A stretch of 64,000 nucleotides of DNA from Bacteroidales bacterium (GTDB taxonomy: Bacteria > Bacteroidota > Bacteroidia > Bacteroidales > Muribaculaceae): positions 590-64,589 of the forward strand of contig SFOH01000008.1 in assembly GCA_004552485.1 (NCBI GenBank). The letters run 5' to 3'. Position 1 is the stretch's first letter. Each line of letters starts with the position of its first letter. Below the pieces are notes generated by a model. That model had not been told where the DNA came from. It ran no database searches and was given only the letters and a program-made list of their open reading frames with translations. Position numbers and translations under genes: made by a program. Positions 34,867 through 44,663 of the stretch are shown piece by piece.

Positions 34867-35892
34867 TCAGAGAAGCTCCGAGAGGTTGCAGTTGAGGTTG
34901 AACATGAACGTTGTGGCGCCGGTGTGGGGCTGAGCGAGGGCGACTCCCACGCCGAAGCTTTTCACGCGTATGCCGGCGCCGAGACTGAAGCCGCTGAGGA
35001 ACGAGCGGTTGTATGTGCTCATGTCCGTGCGCGTCTTGTAGTTGTATCCCAGGCCGATGTACCAGTTGGGGCTGCTGATGAGGTCGGCGCCGAAGACCAG
35101 GTGGCGGAAGAGATTGCGGCCGAAGCTGTCTTTTCTGACCTGCTCGGCGGATGTGTCCGTACCGTCGCCGGCGTCATAGTAAGGCAGGTGCCACTTCGTG
35201 AGGTTGTGTGCCGTGATGGAGAACCGCACGGGGAAACTTGCGAACGACTGGCTCCAGCCCACGCGCAGGTCGATGGGCAGACGGTCGTATCGCTCGTTGA
35301 AGCGTTTCACCTGGCCGCCGAGGTTGGCGCCCACGACCGAGAGCGACAGGTCGTGTTCCTCGTCGTAATAGTTGATGCCGAGGTCGGTGGCGAGGGCAAA
35401 GGCGCTGTAGTCGTGGTAGGAGCTGTACAGGGCCTTGACGCTGATGCCGCCGCGCAGACGGTCGGTGATGTCGTGCGAATAGGTGAGGCCGAAGTTGAGG
35501 TCCTTGGGCGAGAAGCTGCCGATGATGTTGCCCTCGACGTCGGTCTCCTTCATCGAGCCGTAGCCGAAGTACTGCACATTGACGAGCATGGCGCCGTGCG
35601 AGGCAATCTTGTTGGCATAACGCACGCCGGCGAAGTTGCTGCCGCCGATGTAGTGCATGTAGTTGAGGCCCACCTGGCCGCTCATCTCCTGGCCGAGAAG
35701 GGCCGGGTTCTGGTCTGTGGTAGTGATGTCGTCGTCCACGAGGGTGATGTTCATACCGCCGAGGCCGTAGATGCGTGCCGACGAGGTGACGTTCAGAAAG
35801 TTATAGGCCGCAGAGCCGTCCTGTGCGGCGGCCGTCGCCGTCGCCAGCAGAACCGCCGCGGCGGCCAATAGCGTTTTATAGGGTGAGAACAT
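34867..35892 (-). CDS. porQ: Type IX secretion system outer-membrane protein, PorQ-like
   Basis: Signal peptide, then YNFLNVTSSARIYGLGGMNITLVDDDITTTDQNPALLG (the PorQ/PorP-like N-terminal signature). 341-aa beta-barrel. Confidence 0.6.
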   Translation of the reverse strand: MFSPYKTLLAAAAVLLATATAAAQDGSAAYNFLNVTSSARIYGLGGMNITLVDDDITTTDQNPALLGQEMSGQVGLNYMHYIGGSNFAGVRYANKIASHGAMLVNVQYFGYGSMKETDVEGNIIGSFSPKDLNFGLTYSHDITDRLRGGISVKALYSSYHDYSAFALATDLGINYYDEEHDLSLSVVGANLGGQVKRFNERYDRLPIDLRVGWSQSFASFPVRFSITAHNLTKWHLPYYDAGDGTDTSAEQVRKDSFGRNLFRHLVFGADLISSPNWYIGLGYNYKTRTDMSTYNRSFLSGFSLGAGIRVKSFGVGVALAQPHTGATTFMFNLNCNLSELL

Positions 35893-36057
35893 TGGTTTAT
35901 TATTACGTTAACAGCGCAGACACTCCGCACCGTTAATAATAACGCGCAAGGTCCTGAATTTATTGTGTCGCGGGATGCGCCGCTCCGGGCGCCCGTCCGG
36001 GAGGCGGGCCTGTGCGGTCCCTTCCGGACGGGGCGGCCATGCGGAGCCGCGGGGGCT

Positions 36058-37761
36058 TTACTGAACGTCGTAGAGGCTCAGCTGGGCGGGGTCGAAGTTG
36101 CTGATGAAGTCAGCGTGCTTGGCCACCTCGGCATCGGCCATCTTGTTGTAGACGCCGGCGGTGGTGGTGAACGACTCGTTGCGCTGGGCGTCGAGCAGGA
36201 GCAGATAGCCCATGACCACGTTGGCGGCCATCTCCACGAGACGGCGTGCCATGAAGTCGGTGAGCTTCTGGTCGTTGACCTCGGCGACGCGAGCCACGGC
36301 AGCCTGGTACTTCTCGGTCATGGCGCGCAGCTTGTCCTTGAGAGGCTGAAGCTCGGCGCGCACATCCTGTGCGTCGTAGCCGTTGATGAGCGTCATGTAG
36401 GTGCCGGTGGTGACGTGGCGGATAGCGGCGACAACCTGGAGCTGAGTGGTGCCCTCGTAGATGGAGGTGATGCGTGCGTCGCGGTAGATGCGCTCGCAGG
36501 CATAGTCCTTCATGAAGCCGGAGCCGCCGTGGATCTGAATGCAGTCGTAGGCGTTCTGGTTGCAGTATTCCGAGCCGATGCCCTTTGCCATGGGTGTGAG
36601 AGCGTCGGCCAGCTTGCGGTACTGCTTGCAGGCCTTGCGCTCGTCGGGAGTGAGCGAGCGCTCCTTGGCGATGTCCTCGAGAGCCTTGTAGAGGTCGACG
36701 TAGCGCGCTGTCTCATAGAGCAACGAGCGCGAGCCGTCGAGCTTGGCCTTCATCACGGACAGAATCTCGGCCACGGCGGGGAAGTTGATGATGGCCTTGC
36801 CGAACTGCTTGCGCTCGCGGGCATACTGAAGAGCCTCGCGGTAGGCCAACTCGCTGACGCCGACACTCTGCGCGGCGATGCCGAGGCGTGCGCCGTTCAT
36901 CAGAGCCATCACATATTTGATAAGACCCATGCGGGTGTCGCCTACCAGCTCGGCGGGAGCGTTCTTGTAGACGAGCTCGCACGTGGGCGAACCCTTGATG
37001 CCCATCTTGTTCTCGATGCGGCGCACATTCACGCCGCCGTTGCGCTTGTCGTAGACGAACATCGACAGGCCGCGGCCGTCGGTGGTGCCCTCCTCAGAGC
37101 GGGCGAGCACCAGGTGGATGTCCGAGTCGCCGTTGGTGATGAAGCGCTTCACGCCGTTGAGCACCCACGTGCCGTCTTCCTTCTTCGTGGCCTTGAGCAT
37201 CACGGACTGAAGGTCGGAGCCGGCGTCGGGCTCGGTGAGGTCCATCGACATGGTCTCGCCCTTGCAGACGCGGGGGATGTAGCGCTGCTTCTGGTCCTCG
37301 CTGCCGAACTCATAGAGCGTCTCGGCGCAGTCCTGCAGGCCCCACAGATTCTCGAAGCCCGTGTCGGCGCGGCTGACGATGTCGGCGGCCATGATGTAGG
37401 GAGTGATGGGGAAGTTGAGACCGCCCAGGCGGCGCGGCATGGCCATGCCCATGAGGCCGGCCTTGCGACATACGTCCAGGTTCTGCTGAGTGCCGGAGGC
37501 GTAGGTCACGCGGCCGTCCTTAACAGTCGGACCCTCGTGGTCGACGCCCTCAGCATTGCCGGCGATGACACCGGCGCAGATGTCGCCCACAATCTCCAGC
37601 ACCTTGTCATAGTTGTCCATGGCGTCGGCATAGTTGATGGGGGCGTAGTCATAGTTTGCAGCATCGGCATAGTCGCGCTCTTTCAGCGCAACGATCTTCT
37701 CCATCATCGGATGGGTCAGATGGTGCTTCAAATCGGGATTGTCTGTATAAAAGTTAGCCAT
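36058..37761 (-). CDS. Acyl-CoA dehydrogenase (long form, Etf-coupled)
   Basis: 567 aa with ACAD middle and C-terminal domains (GGSGFMKDYACERIYRDARITSIYEGT). Downstream of etfBA. Confidence 0.9.
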   Translation of the reverse strand: MANFYTDNPDLKHHLTHPMMEKIVALKERDYADAANYDYAPINYADAMDNYDKVLEIVGDICAGVIAGNAEGVDHEGPTVKDGRVTYASGTQQNLDVCRKAGLMGMAMPRRLGGLNFPITPYIMAADIVSRADTGFENLWGLQDCAETLYEFGSEDQKQRYIPRVCKGETMSMDLTEPDAGSDLQSVMLKATKKEDGTWVLNGVKRFITNGDSDIHLVLARSEEGTTDGRGLSMFVYDKRNGGVNVRRIENKMGIKGSPTCELVYKNAPAELVGDTRMGLIKYVMALMNGARLGIAAQSVGVSELAYREALQYARERKQFGKAIINFPAVAEILSVMKAKLDGSRSLLYETARYVDLYKALEDIAKERSLTPDERKACKQYRKLADALTPMAKGIGSEYCNQNAYDCIQIHGGSGFMKDYACERIYRDARITSIYEGTTQLQVVAAIRHVTTGTYMTLINGYDAQDVRAELQPLKDKLRAMTEKYQAAVARVAEVNDQKLTDFMARRLVEMAANVVMGYLLLLDAQRNESFTTTAGVYNKMADAEVAKHADFISNFDPAQLSLYDVQ

Positions 37762-37767
37762 AGCTTC

Positions 37768-38802
37768 TTATTTCGAGTTCTTCTTGTAATACTTGATGAG
37801 TTTGGGCACAACCTCCTCCATCTCGCCGGTGATGACATAGTCGGCGATGGTGTTGATGGGGGCGTTGGGGTCGGTGTTGATAGAGATGATGATCGAGCTG
37901 TCCTGCATGCCGGCGATGTGCTGGATCTGACCGGAGATGCCGCAGGCGATGTACAGCTTGGGACGCACCGTCACGCCCGTCTGACCGATCTGACGCTCGT
38001 GCTCCACAAAGCCGGCATCGACGGCCGCACGCGAAGCGCCGACCTCGCCGCCCAGCACGCGTGCCAGCTCATGCAGCAGCTCGAAGTTCTCCTTCGAGCC
38101 AACGCCATAGCCGCCGGCAACGATGATGGGCGAGTTCTTGATGTTCACCTTCGACTTCTCGATGTGGCGGCCGATGATCTCCACCACGAAGTCCTCGTCC
38201 TTGACATACTTCTTGGCGTCGAGCTTCACGACGGTGCCCTTGTGGTTGGCGTCGTAGATCTCCTTCTTCATCACGCCCTCGCGGACAGTCGCCATCTGAG
38301 GACGGTGGTCGGGATTCACGATCGTGGCCACGATGTTGCCGCCGAAAGCGGGGCGGATCTGATAGAGCAGGTCGGTGTAATTCTTGCCCGACTTCACGTC
38401 CGTGTGGTTGCCGATTTCGAGGGCCGTACAGTCGGCGGTCAGACCCGAGTGCAGGCACGACGAAACGCGCGGGCCCAGGTCGCGGCCGATGCACGTGGCG
38501 CCCATCAGACAAATCTGCGGCTCAATCTCGCGGAAGAGATTGATGAGCACGGCGGCATGGGGGTTCGACGTGTAGGGATAGAGACGCTTGTCCTCAACTT
38601 TGTAGACAACGTCGGCACCGTACTTGTAAAGCTCCTTTTCGATGCCGTCCAGCTTGTCGCCCAGGACGATGGCCTCGAGCTTCACACCCAGCTTGTTGGC
38701 CAGAGCACGGCCCTTGGTGAGCAGCTCCAGGCTCACGTCGGCGACGTGGCCATCCTCATACTCACAGTATACTATAAGATTGTTACGGTCTTTTTCAGCC
38801 AT
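37768..38802 (-). CDS. etfA: Electron transfer flavoprotein subunit alpha
   Basis: 344 aa with the FAD-binding C-terminus (PKLYIACGISGQIQHIAGM). Confidence 0.93.
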   Translation of the reverse strand: MAEKDRNNLIVYCEYEDGHVADVSLELLTKGRALANKLGVKLEAIVLGDKLDGIEKELYKYGADVVYKVEDKRLYPYTSNPHAAVLINLFREIEPQICLMGATCIGRDLGPRVSSCLHSGLTADCTALEIGNHTDVKSGKNYTDLLYQIRPAFGGNIVATIVNPDHRPQMATVREGVMKKEIYDANHKGTVVKLDAKKYVKDEDFVVEIIGRHIEKSKVNIKNSPIIVAGGYGVGSKENFELLHELARVLGGEVGASRAAVDAGFVEHERQIGQTGVTVRPKLYIACGISGQIQHIAGMQDSSIIISINTDPNAPINTIADYVITGEMEEVVPKLIKYYKKNSK

Positions 38803-38914
38803 AATATACTTCTTTATTGTTCAGTCTTTAGTGGTTAGTTTTTAGCGGTTGGCGGGGGGGGAGATTCGCGGCAGACAGACTGCCCGGAACCTCTTGCCTC
38901 TTGACTCTGACCCG

Positions 38915-39796
38915 TCAGCCGATCGTGTGGTTGGCGATAAGCTCCTTGACCAGGTCCTCGAGCTGAGCGTCGTTCCCCCCGTCCAGACACAGATTCTCCT
39001 TGGCCGTGAACACAACGTTCTCCACATTCTTCACCTTCGTGGGCGAACCGGCCAGACCGATCTGCTCGGGGTCGGCCTCCACGAAAGCGGCGCCCCACTC
39101 CTTGATGTTCAGATAGGGACGGTTCTCGACCAGCTCGGCGATCTCGGGCTGCAGGCCCTTCTTCTCAGAGTCGGACACGGCATATTTGAACTTCATCAGA
39201 CGCTGGGCGTTGCGGGGGCGGCACTCGGCGGCAGAGCCGTTGACAGTGACCACACAGGGCAGCGGAGCCTTCACAGTCTCCACGCCGTTCTCCAGGCGAC
39301 GCTTCACCGTCACCTTGCCGTCCTTGAGGTCGAGGATTTCCTCGGCATAAGTCACCTGGGGAATACCCAACTTCTCGGCAATCTGCGGGCCCACCTGGGC
39401 CGTGTCGCCGTCGATAGCCTGGCGGCCGCCGAGGATAATGTCATATTTTCCGAATTTCTTCACAGCCTGGGCCAGCGAATAGGACGTGGCCAGCGTGTCG
39501 GCGCCACCTAAGGCGCGGTCCGTGAGCACCACGCCGCCGTCGGCGCCGCGGTACATAGCCTCGCGCACCACCTCGGCGGCGCGCGGCAGACCCATCGTCA
39601 GCACATAAACCTTGGAGCCGGGATTTTCATCCTTCAGGCGCAGAGCCTGCTCCAGTGCGTTCAGGTCTTCCGGATTGAAGATGGCAGGCAGAGCGGCGCG
39701 ATTGATAGTGCCGTCGGCCTTCATGGCATCTTTGCCTACGTTGCGGGTGTCGGGCACCTGCTTGGCAAGCACAATGATGTTTAAGCTCATATTCAA
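38915..39796 (-). CDS. etfB: Electron transfer flavoprotein subunit beta
   Basis: IIVLAKQVPDTRNV and ADTLATSYSLA. Confidence 0.93.
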   Translation of the reverse strand: MNMSLNIIVLAKQVPDTRNVGKDAMKADGTINRAALPAIFNPEDLNALEQALRLKDENPGSKVYVLTMGLPRAAEVVREAMYRGADGGVVLTDRALGGADTLATSYSLAQAVKKFGKYDIILGGRQAIDGDTAQVGPQIAEKLGIPQVTYAEEILDLKDGKVTVKRRLENGVETVKAPLPCVVTVNGSAAECRPRNAQRLMKFKYAVSDSEKKGLQPEIAELVENRPYLNIKEWGAAFVEADPEQIGLAGSPTKVKNVENVVFTAKENLCLDGGNDAQLEDLVKELIANHTIG

Positions 39797-39977
39797 AGAG
39801 TTTTATGTTTAAAAAATTGATTGTTGTTTCTTGCTACAATTGGTCAATGTTATATAGCGGAGAGAGACGCGCGGCTAACCGCAAGCCCATTTCCGGCTAC
39901 CATAATGCACGAAAGCGCGTGCTGCCACCTGCCAAAAAGACACGACGGGTGCAGGCACAGGCGTGCAAATATCCGTG

Positions 39978-39985
39978 CAAAGGTA
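39978..39985 (-). promoter_or_regulatory. -7 promoter box (TAccTTTG) of the etfBA-acd operon
   Basis: Implies a leader of about 175 nt before ATG 39796. Confidence 0.5.
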
Positions 39986-40121
39986 CGCAAAATCCGCGAA
40001 TAAAATTAAAACTTATTCAGCAAAAACCACCCCGATTCACTTTTTTTAAGTTTGACGCCCCCCCTCCTGCCCCGCGCCCCCGGACACACGCCGCCGCCCC
40101 CGCGTCGTAATCCCGTGCCCT

Positions 40122-40640
40122 CACGGCATCAAGGTGGGAGCGCCGGCTTCCAAGCCGTCACGAGAGCACATGCCGGTGTCGGGGAACGCCGCATAGCGGT
40201 GCATTAGCGATTTTCTGACGCACCGCCACGCGGTGCGCTCTGAAATAATATGCGTGTTACCAGGGGTTTGGCAGCGCTAACGCGCAGCCTGCACGCCCTG
40301 GCTACCCTTACCGCCCGCTCTGCGGGCGTTCCCCATCGCCGAAAGCACGCCTAAATTCCGCGCCATAACGGCAGCAAGGTGGGAGATATGGCTTCCAAGC
40401 CATCACGAGAGCAAATGCGGGCGTCGGGGGGGACGCCAGCGTTAGCGGTGCGCTCTGTGGGGTGGGTGACATTCCCGCGGGTCGGCAGCGCTAACGCGCA
40501 GCTGGACCCGCGGCTACACTAATCGCCCGCTCTGCGGGCGTTCCCGGTCGCCGAAACACGCCGTAATATTGCGCGATTATGGCGTTTGCTCCCGTGACGG
40601 CTTGGAAGCCGTCTCGCCCACATTTGATGCGGCATTGGGG
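40122..40640. repeat. Array of REP/MITE-like modules (about 2.5 units, last sub-module inverted)
   Basis: Sub-module Z (ACGGCAKCAAGGTGGGAG..GGCTTCCAAGCC..CACGAGAGCA) occurs at about 40122 and 40368, and inverted at about 40580. Sub-modules Y+X (GCACCGCCACGCGGTGCGCTCTG....ACCAGGGGTTTGGCAGCGCTAACGCGCAGCCTGCACGCCCTGGCTAC..CGCCCGCTCTGCGGGCG) occur at 40220-40335, with a diverged copy at 40438-40560. Confidence 0.8.
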
Positions 40641-40692
40641 GGCGGGGCGCGGTTTTGAGGCGCGGGAGGTTGTCTGTTTCAGGGATTTTTCG

Positions 40693-40700
40693 TAACTTTG
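40693..40700 (+). promoter_or_regulatory. -7 promoter box (TAacTTTG)
   Basis: 87 nt upstream of the ileS ATG at 40787. Confidence 0.6.
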
Positions 40701-40786
40701 CGGTGACTTTTCGGTCGACATACTGCAACGACGCGCGCGTGCGTGCGCCTAATCTTTTGATATTCAATCAAATTCAACTTCGTCTT

Positions 40787-43700
40787 ATGAAGAAATTCAA
40801 AGAATACAACTCCCTCAATCCTTCGGCCATCAACAAGGAGATGCTCGAGCAGTGGAAGCAACAGCATCTGTTCGAACGCTCTATGTCGGAGCGCGAAGGT
40901 TGCCCCTCGTTCGTCTTTTTTGAGGGTCCGCCCTCTGCCAACGGTATGCCCGGCATCCATCATGTGATGGCGCGCACCATCAAGGATGTCATCTGCCGTT
41001 ACAAGACGATGCAGGGCTTCCAGGTGAAGCGCAAAGCGGGCTGGGACACGCACGGTCTGCCCGTCGAGTTGGCCGTGGAGAAGGCTCTCGGCATCACCAA
41101 GGAGGACATCGGCAAGAAGATTTCGGTGGACGACTACAACAACGCCTGCCGCCGCGAGGTGATGAAATACACGCGCGAGTGGACGGCGCTGACCGAGTCG
41201 ATGGGCTATTGGGTGGACCTTGACAATCCCTACATCACATACGACAACCGCTACATCGAGAGTGTGTGGTGGCTGCTGAAACAGCTCTACAAGAAGGGCT
41301 ATCTCTACAAGGGCTACACCATCCAGCCCTATTCGCCGGCGGCCGGCACGGGTCTGTCGACGCACGAGCTGAATCAGCCGGGATGCTACCGCGACGTCAA
41401 AGACACGACGTGCATCGCTCAGTTCGAGTGCACGACGCCGACGCCCGCGATGGAGGGCTGGGGCACGCCCTGCTTCCTGGCATGGACGACGACGCCCTGG
41501 ACGCTGCCGTCGAACACGGCTCTGTGCGTGGGCCCGTCGATAAAGTATAACATCGTGCGCACGTACAATCCCTACTCGGGCGAGAAAATCACTGTTGTGG
41601 TTGCCGACGCGCTGATGGGCTCGCTCTTCAACGCCAAGGCCAAGGACATGGCCCTCGCCGACTACGAGAAGGGCTCGAAGCTCATCCCATACGAGGTGGT
41701 GGGCTCGTGCATGGGCAACGACCTGGTGGGTCTGCACTACGCCCAGCTCATCCCTTGGATGAATCCCGGCGAGGGCGCCTTCCGCGTGATTCCCGGCGAC
41801 TATGTGTCGACCGAGGACGGCACGGGCATCGTACACATCGCCGGCACGTTCGGCGCCGACGACTTGCGCGTGAGCAAGCAGAACAACATCCCGCCGCTTC
41901 ATCTGACCGACCGCGACGGCAACATCCGCCCCATGGTTGACATGACCGGCAAGTTCTATCTCCTCGCCGACCTCGACCCGGAGTTTGTGCGCACCCGCGT
42001 CGACGTTGACCTCTACCGCCCATGGGAGGGCAAGTTCGTGAAGAACGCCTACGACCCGACGAAGACGGACAAGGACGAGACGCTGGACGTGGAGATCTGC
42101 ATGATGCTGAAACAGCAGGGCCGCGTGTTCCGCATCGAGAAGCACACGCACAGCTATCCCCACTGCTGGCGCACGGACAAGCCCGTGCTCTACTATCCGC
42201 TGGACAGTTGGTTTGTGCGCACCACGGCCGCCCGCGAGCGTCTGATGGCGCTGAACGAGACAATCCGCTGGAAGCCCGCCTCGACGGGCACGGGCCGCTT
42301 CGGCCGCTGGCTGGAGAATCTGCAGGACTGGAATCTGTCGCGCTCGCGCTACTGGGGCACGCCTCTGCCCATCTGGCGCACCGAGGACGGCAGCGAGGAG
42401 GTGTGCATCGAATCGGTCGAGGAGCTCTACAACGAGATTGACCGCAGCGTCGTGGCCGGCGTGATGAAGAGCAATCCCTACCGCGACCGCGGCTTCGTGC
42501 CTGGCGTGTACACCCGCGAGAACTACGAGCGCATCGACCTGCACCGCCCCTATGTCGACGACATCGTGCTCGTGAGCAAGTCGGGGCGCCCGATGCGCCG
42601 CGAGACGGACCTCATCGACGTGTGGTTCGACTCGGGCTCGATGCCCTACGCCCAGCTCCACTATCCGTTCGAGAACAAGGAGCTGGTGGACAGCGGCAGC
42701 TATTTTCCCGCCGACTTCATCGCCGAGGGCGTTGACCAGACGCGCGGCTGGTTCTTCACGCTCCACGCCATCGCCGGCATGGTCTTCGACTCGGTGGCCT
42801 ACCGCGCCGTCATCTCCAACGGTCTCGTGCTCGACAAGGACGGCAACAAGATGTCGAAGCGTCTGGGCAATGCCGTCAACCCCTTCGAGGCCATCGAGAA
42901 ATACGGCTCCGACCCCCTGCGCTGGTACATGATTTCGAACTCGGCGCCCTGGGACAACCTCAAATTCGACCCCGCCGGAGTGATGGAGGCATCGCGCAAG
43001 ATGTTCGCCACGCTCTACAACACATACTCCTTCTTCAGCCTCTACGCCAACGTCGACGGCTTTGACCCGACGGCGGCGCAGGTGCCCCTGGAGAAGCGTC
43101 CGGAGATAGACCGCTGGATCATCTCCGTTCTGAACACGCTCGTTCGCGACGTGCAGACGGCCCTGGACGACTACGAGCCGACACGTGCGGCCCGCGCCAT
43201 CGGTGAGTTTGTCAGCGACAATCTCTCGAACTGGTACGTGCGCCTCAACCGCAAGCGCTTCTGGGGCGGCGGCATGACCGAGGACAAGCTGGCGGCCTAT
43301 CAGACGCTCTATCAGTGCCTGGTGACGGTGGCACAGCTCATCGCCCCGGTGTCGCCCTTCTACGCCGACCGTCTCTATGCCGACCTCACGGCTCCGGCCG
43401 GCAACACGGAGTCGGTGCACCTGTCGCGCTTCCCGAAGGTCGACGAGGCCGCCATCGACACTGACCTGGAGCAGCGCATGCACCTGGCACAGACCGTCAC
43501 GTCGATGACGCTGGCGCTGCGCCGCAAGTGCAACATCAAGGTGCGCCAGCCGCTCACGGCCATCATGGTGCCCGTGGCTTCGGACCGAGAGGCCAAGATG
43601 CTCGAGGCCGTGCGCACGCTCGTGCTCAACGAGGTGAATGTCAAGGAGATGCGCATCGTCAGCGGCGACAACGGCATCCTCGTGAAGCGTCTGAAGCCCG

Positions 43701-44215
43701 ACTTCAAGAAGCTCGGTCCGAAGTTCGGCAAGAGCATGAAGGCGGTGGCCGCCGCGCTGACGGCCATGGACACGAAGGCCATCAACGCCCTTGAGCAGGC
43801 CGGGTTCGTGGAGCTCGACCTGGCCGGTATCCCGGCTCGCGTGGAGCTGGCCGACGTGGAGGTCATCTCCGAGGACATCCCCGGCTGGCTGGTGGCCAAC
43901 GAGGGCACGGTGACTGTGGCCCTGGACATCACCATCACCGACGAGCTGCGCCGCGAGGGCATCGCCCGCGACATCATCAACCGCGTGCAGAACATCCGCA
44001 AGAACCGCGACTATGCCATCACCGACCGCATCACGCTCACCTTCGAGGAGAGCGCCGAACTGGAGGGCGTGCTCGAGCAGTTCTCCGGCTACATCGCTTC
44101 GCAGGTGCTGGCCACGGCCGTCACCACGGTGCCCGCTTTCAAGGCCGGCGCCACGGGCGTTGAGGTGCTCGACATCGACGGCATGGAGGTGCGCCTCACT
44201 ATTGAACAGAACTAA
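40787..44215 (+). CDS. ileS: Isoleucine--tRNA ligase
   Basis: Start MKKFKEYNSL. HIGH-type motif PSANGMPGIHHV and KMSKR motif. 1142 aa. Confidence 0.95.
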   Translation: MKKFKEYNSLNPSAINKEMLEQWKQQHLFERSMSEREGCPSFVFFEGPPSANGMPGIHHVMARTIKDVICRYKTMQGFQVKRKAGWDTHGLPVELAVEKALGITKEDIGKKISVDDYNNACRREVMKYTREWTALTESMGYWVDLDNPYITYDNRYIESVWWLLKQLYKKGYLYKGYTIQPYSPAAGTGLSTHELNQPGCYRDVKDTTCIAQFECTTPTPAMEGWGTPCFLAWTTTPWTLPSNTALCVGPSIKYNIVRTYNPYSGEKITVVVADALMGSLFNAKAKDMALADYEKGSKLIPYEVVGSCMGNDLVGLHYAQLIPWMNPGEGAFRVIPGDYVSTEDGTGIVHIAGTFGADDLRVSKQNNIPPLHLTDRDGNIRPMVDMTGKFYLLADLDPEFVRTRVDVDLYRPWEGKFVKNAYDPTKTDKDETLDVEICMMLKQQGRVFRIEKHTHSYPHCWRTDKPVLYYPLDSWFVRTTAARERLMALNETIRWKPASTGTGRFGRWLENLQDWNLSRSRYWGTPLPIWRTEDGSEEVCIESVEELYNEIDRSVVAGVMKSNPYRDRGFVPGVYTRENYERIDLHRPYVDDIVLVSKSGRPMRRETDLIDVWFDSGSMPYAQLHYPFENKELVDSGSYFPADFIAEGVDQTRGWFFTLHAIAGMVFDSVAYRAVISNGLVLDKDGNKMSKRLGNAVNPFEAIEKYGSDPLRWYMISNSAPWDNLKFDPAGVMEASRKMFATLYNTYSFFSLYANVDGFDPTAAQVPLEKRPEIDRWIISVLNTLVRDVQTALDDYEPTRAARAIGEFVSDNLSNWYVRLNRKRFWGGGMTEDKLAAYQTLYQCLVTVAQLIAPVSPFYADRLYADLTAPAGNTESVHLSRFPKVDEAAIDTDLEQRMHLAQTVTSMTLALRRKCNIKVRQPLTAIMVPVASDREAKMLEAVRTLVLNEVNVKEMRIVSGDNGILVKRLKPDFKKLGPKFGKSMKAVAAALTAMDTKAINALEQAGFVELDLAGIPARVELADVEVISEDIPGWLVANEGTVTVALDITITDELRREGIARDIINRVQNIRKNRDYAITDRITLTFEESAELEGVLEQFSGYIASQVLATAVTTVPAFKAGATGVEVLDIDGMEVRLTIEQN

Positions 44216-44282
44216 CCATCAGGCCGCGGCCGGACCGTGTACCCCCCGGGCGCCGGCAGCCGCGGCCACAAACTCAGAAAAT

Positions 44283-44663
44283 ATGGCTGAAAAAGTCAGA
44301 TACAGCGACGAGGAGCTCGAAGAGTTCCGCACTCTTATCCTCGAAAAGCTGGAGAAAGCGACGCGCGAGTTCGAGAAACTGCGCGAGACGGTCACCAACA
44401 CGGGCAACGATGTGGTCGACACATCCCCCACCTTCAAGGCTCTTGAGGAGGGCGCCGACGTGCGCGACAAGGAAGAGGCTGCACGCCTGGCCGAGCGCCA
44501 GCGCAAGTTCATCCAACACCTGCAGGCCGCGCTGGTGCGCATCGAGAACAAAACATACGGCGTGTGCCGCGCAACCGGAAAGCTCATCCCCAAGGAGCGC
44601 CTCCGTGCCGTGCCCCACGCCACACTCAGCGTAGACGCCAAGAACCGGGATGCCAAACACTGA
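44283..44663 (+). CDS. TraR/DksA family transcriptional regulator
   Basis: MAEKVRYSDEELEEFR ... YGVCRATGKLIPKERLRAVPHATLS. Conserved ileS-dksA-lspA order. Confidence 0.85.
   Translation: MAEKVRYSDEELEEFRTLILEKLEKATREFEKLRETVTNTGNDVVDTSPTFKALEEGADVRDKEEAARLAERQRKFIQHLQAALVRIENKTYGVCRATGKLIPKERLRAVPHATLSVDAKNRDAKH

Noticed and set aside
35965-38838. Very long ORFs antisense to real genes. Examples: 35965..38838 (+, 957 aa), 40679..43483 (-, 934 aa), 31135..32880 (+, 581 aa), 8571..10250 (-, 559 aa), 51945..53537 (-, 530 aa), 23841..25403 (-, 520 aa), 1734..3170 (+, 478 aa).
   Set aside because: Their compositions are Arg/Ala/Gly/His/Pro-rich, with no recognisable motifs. Each lies exactly opposite a strongly recognisable gene (acd/etfA, ileS, fcl/transferase, mutS2, proAB, A2M, folC). 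Long stop-free antisense frames are expected in high-GC DNA.
39805-40110. 101-aa plus-strand ORF (MFKKLIVVSCYNWSML...) in the etfB-ileS intergenic region.
   Set aside because: It overlaps the etfB leader and promoter and ends in Pro/Ala-rich junk from the GC-rich repeats. It has no promoter box in front and no recognisable domain.
40122-40640. Repeat array upstream of ileS as a CRISPR array.
   Set aside because: The units are long (over 100 nt), imperfect and contiguous without unique spacers, and one sub-module is inverted. There are no cas genes in the window.
40700-40786. T-box or other tRNA-sensing leader in front of ileS.
   Set aside because: The leader is only about 85 nt. It lacks the specifier-loop and T-box (AGGGUGGNACCGCG) elements. 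This mechanism is not established in Bacteroidetes.
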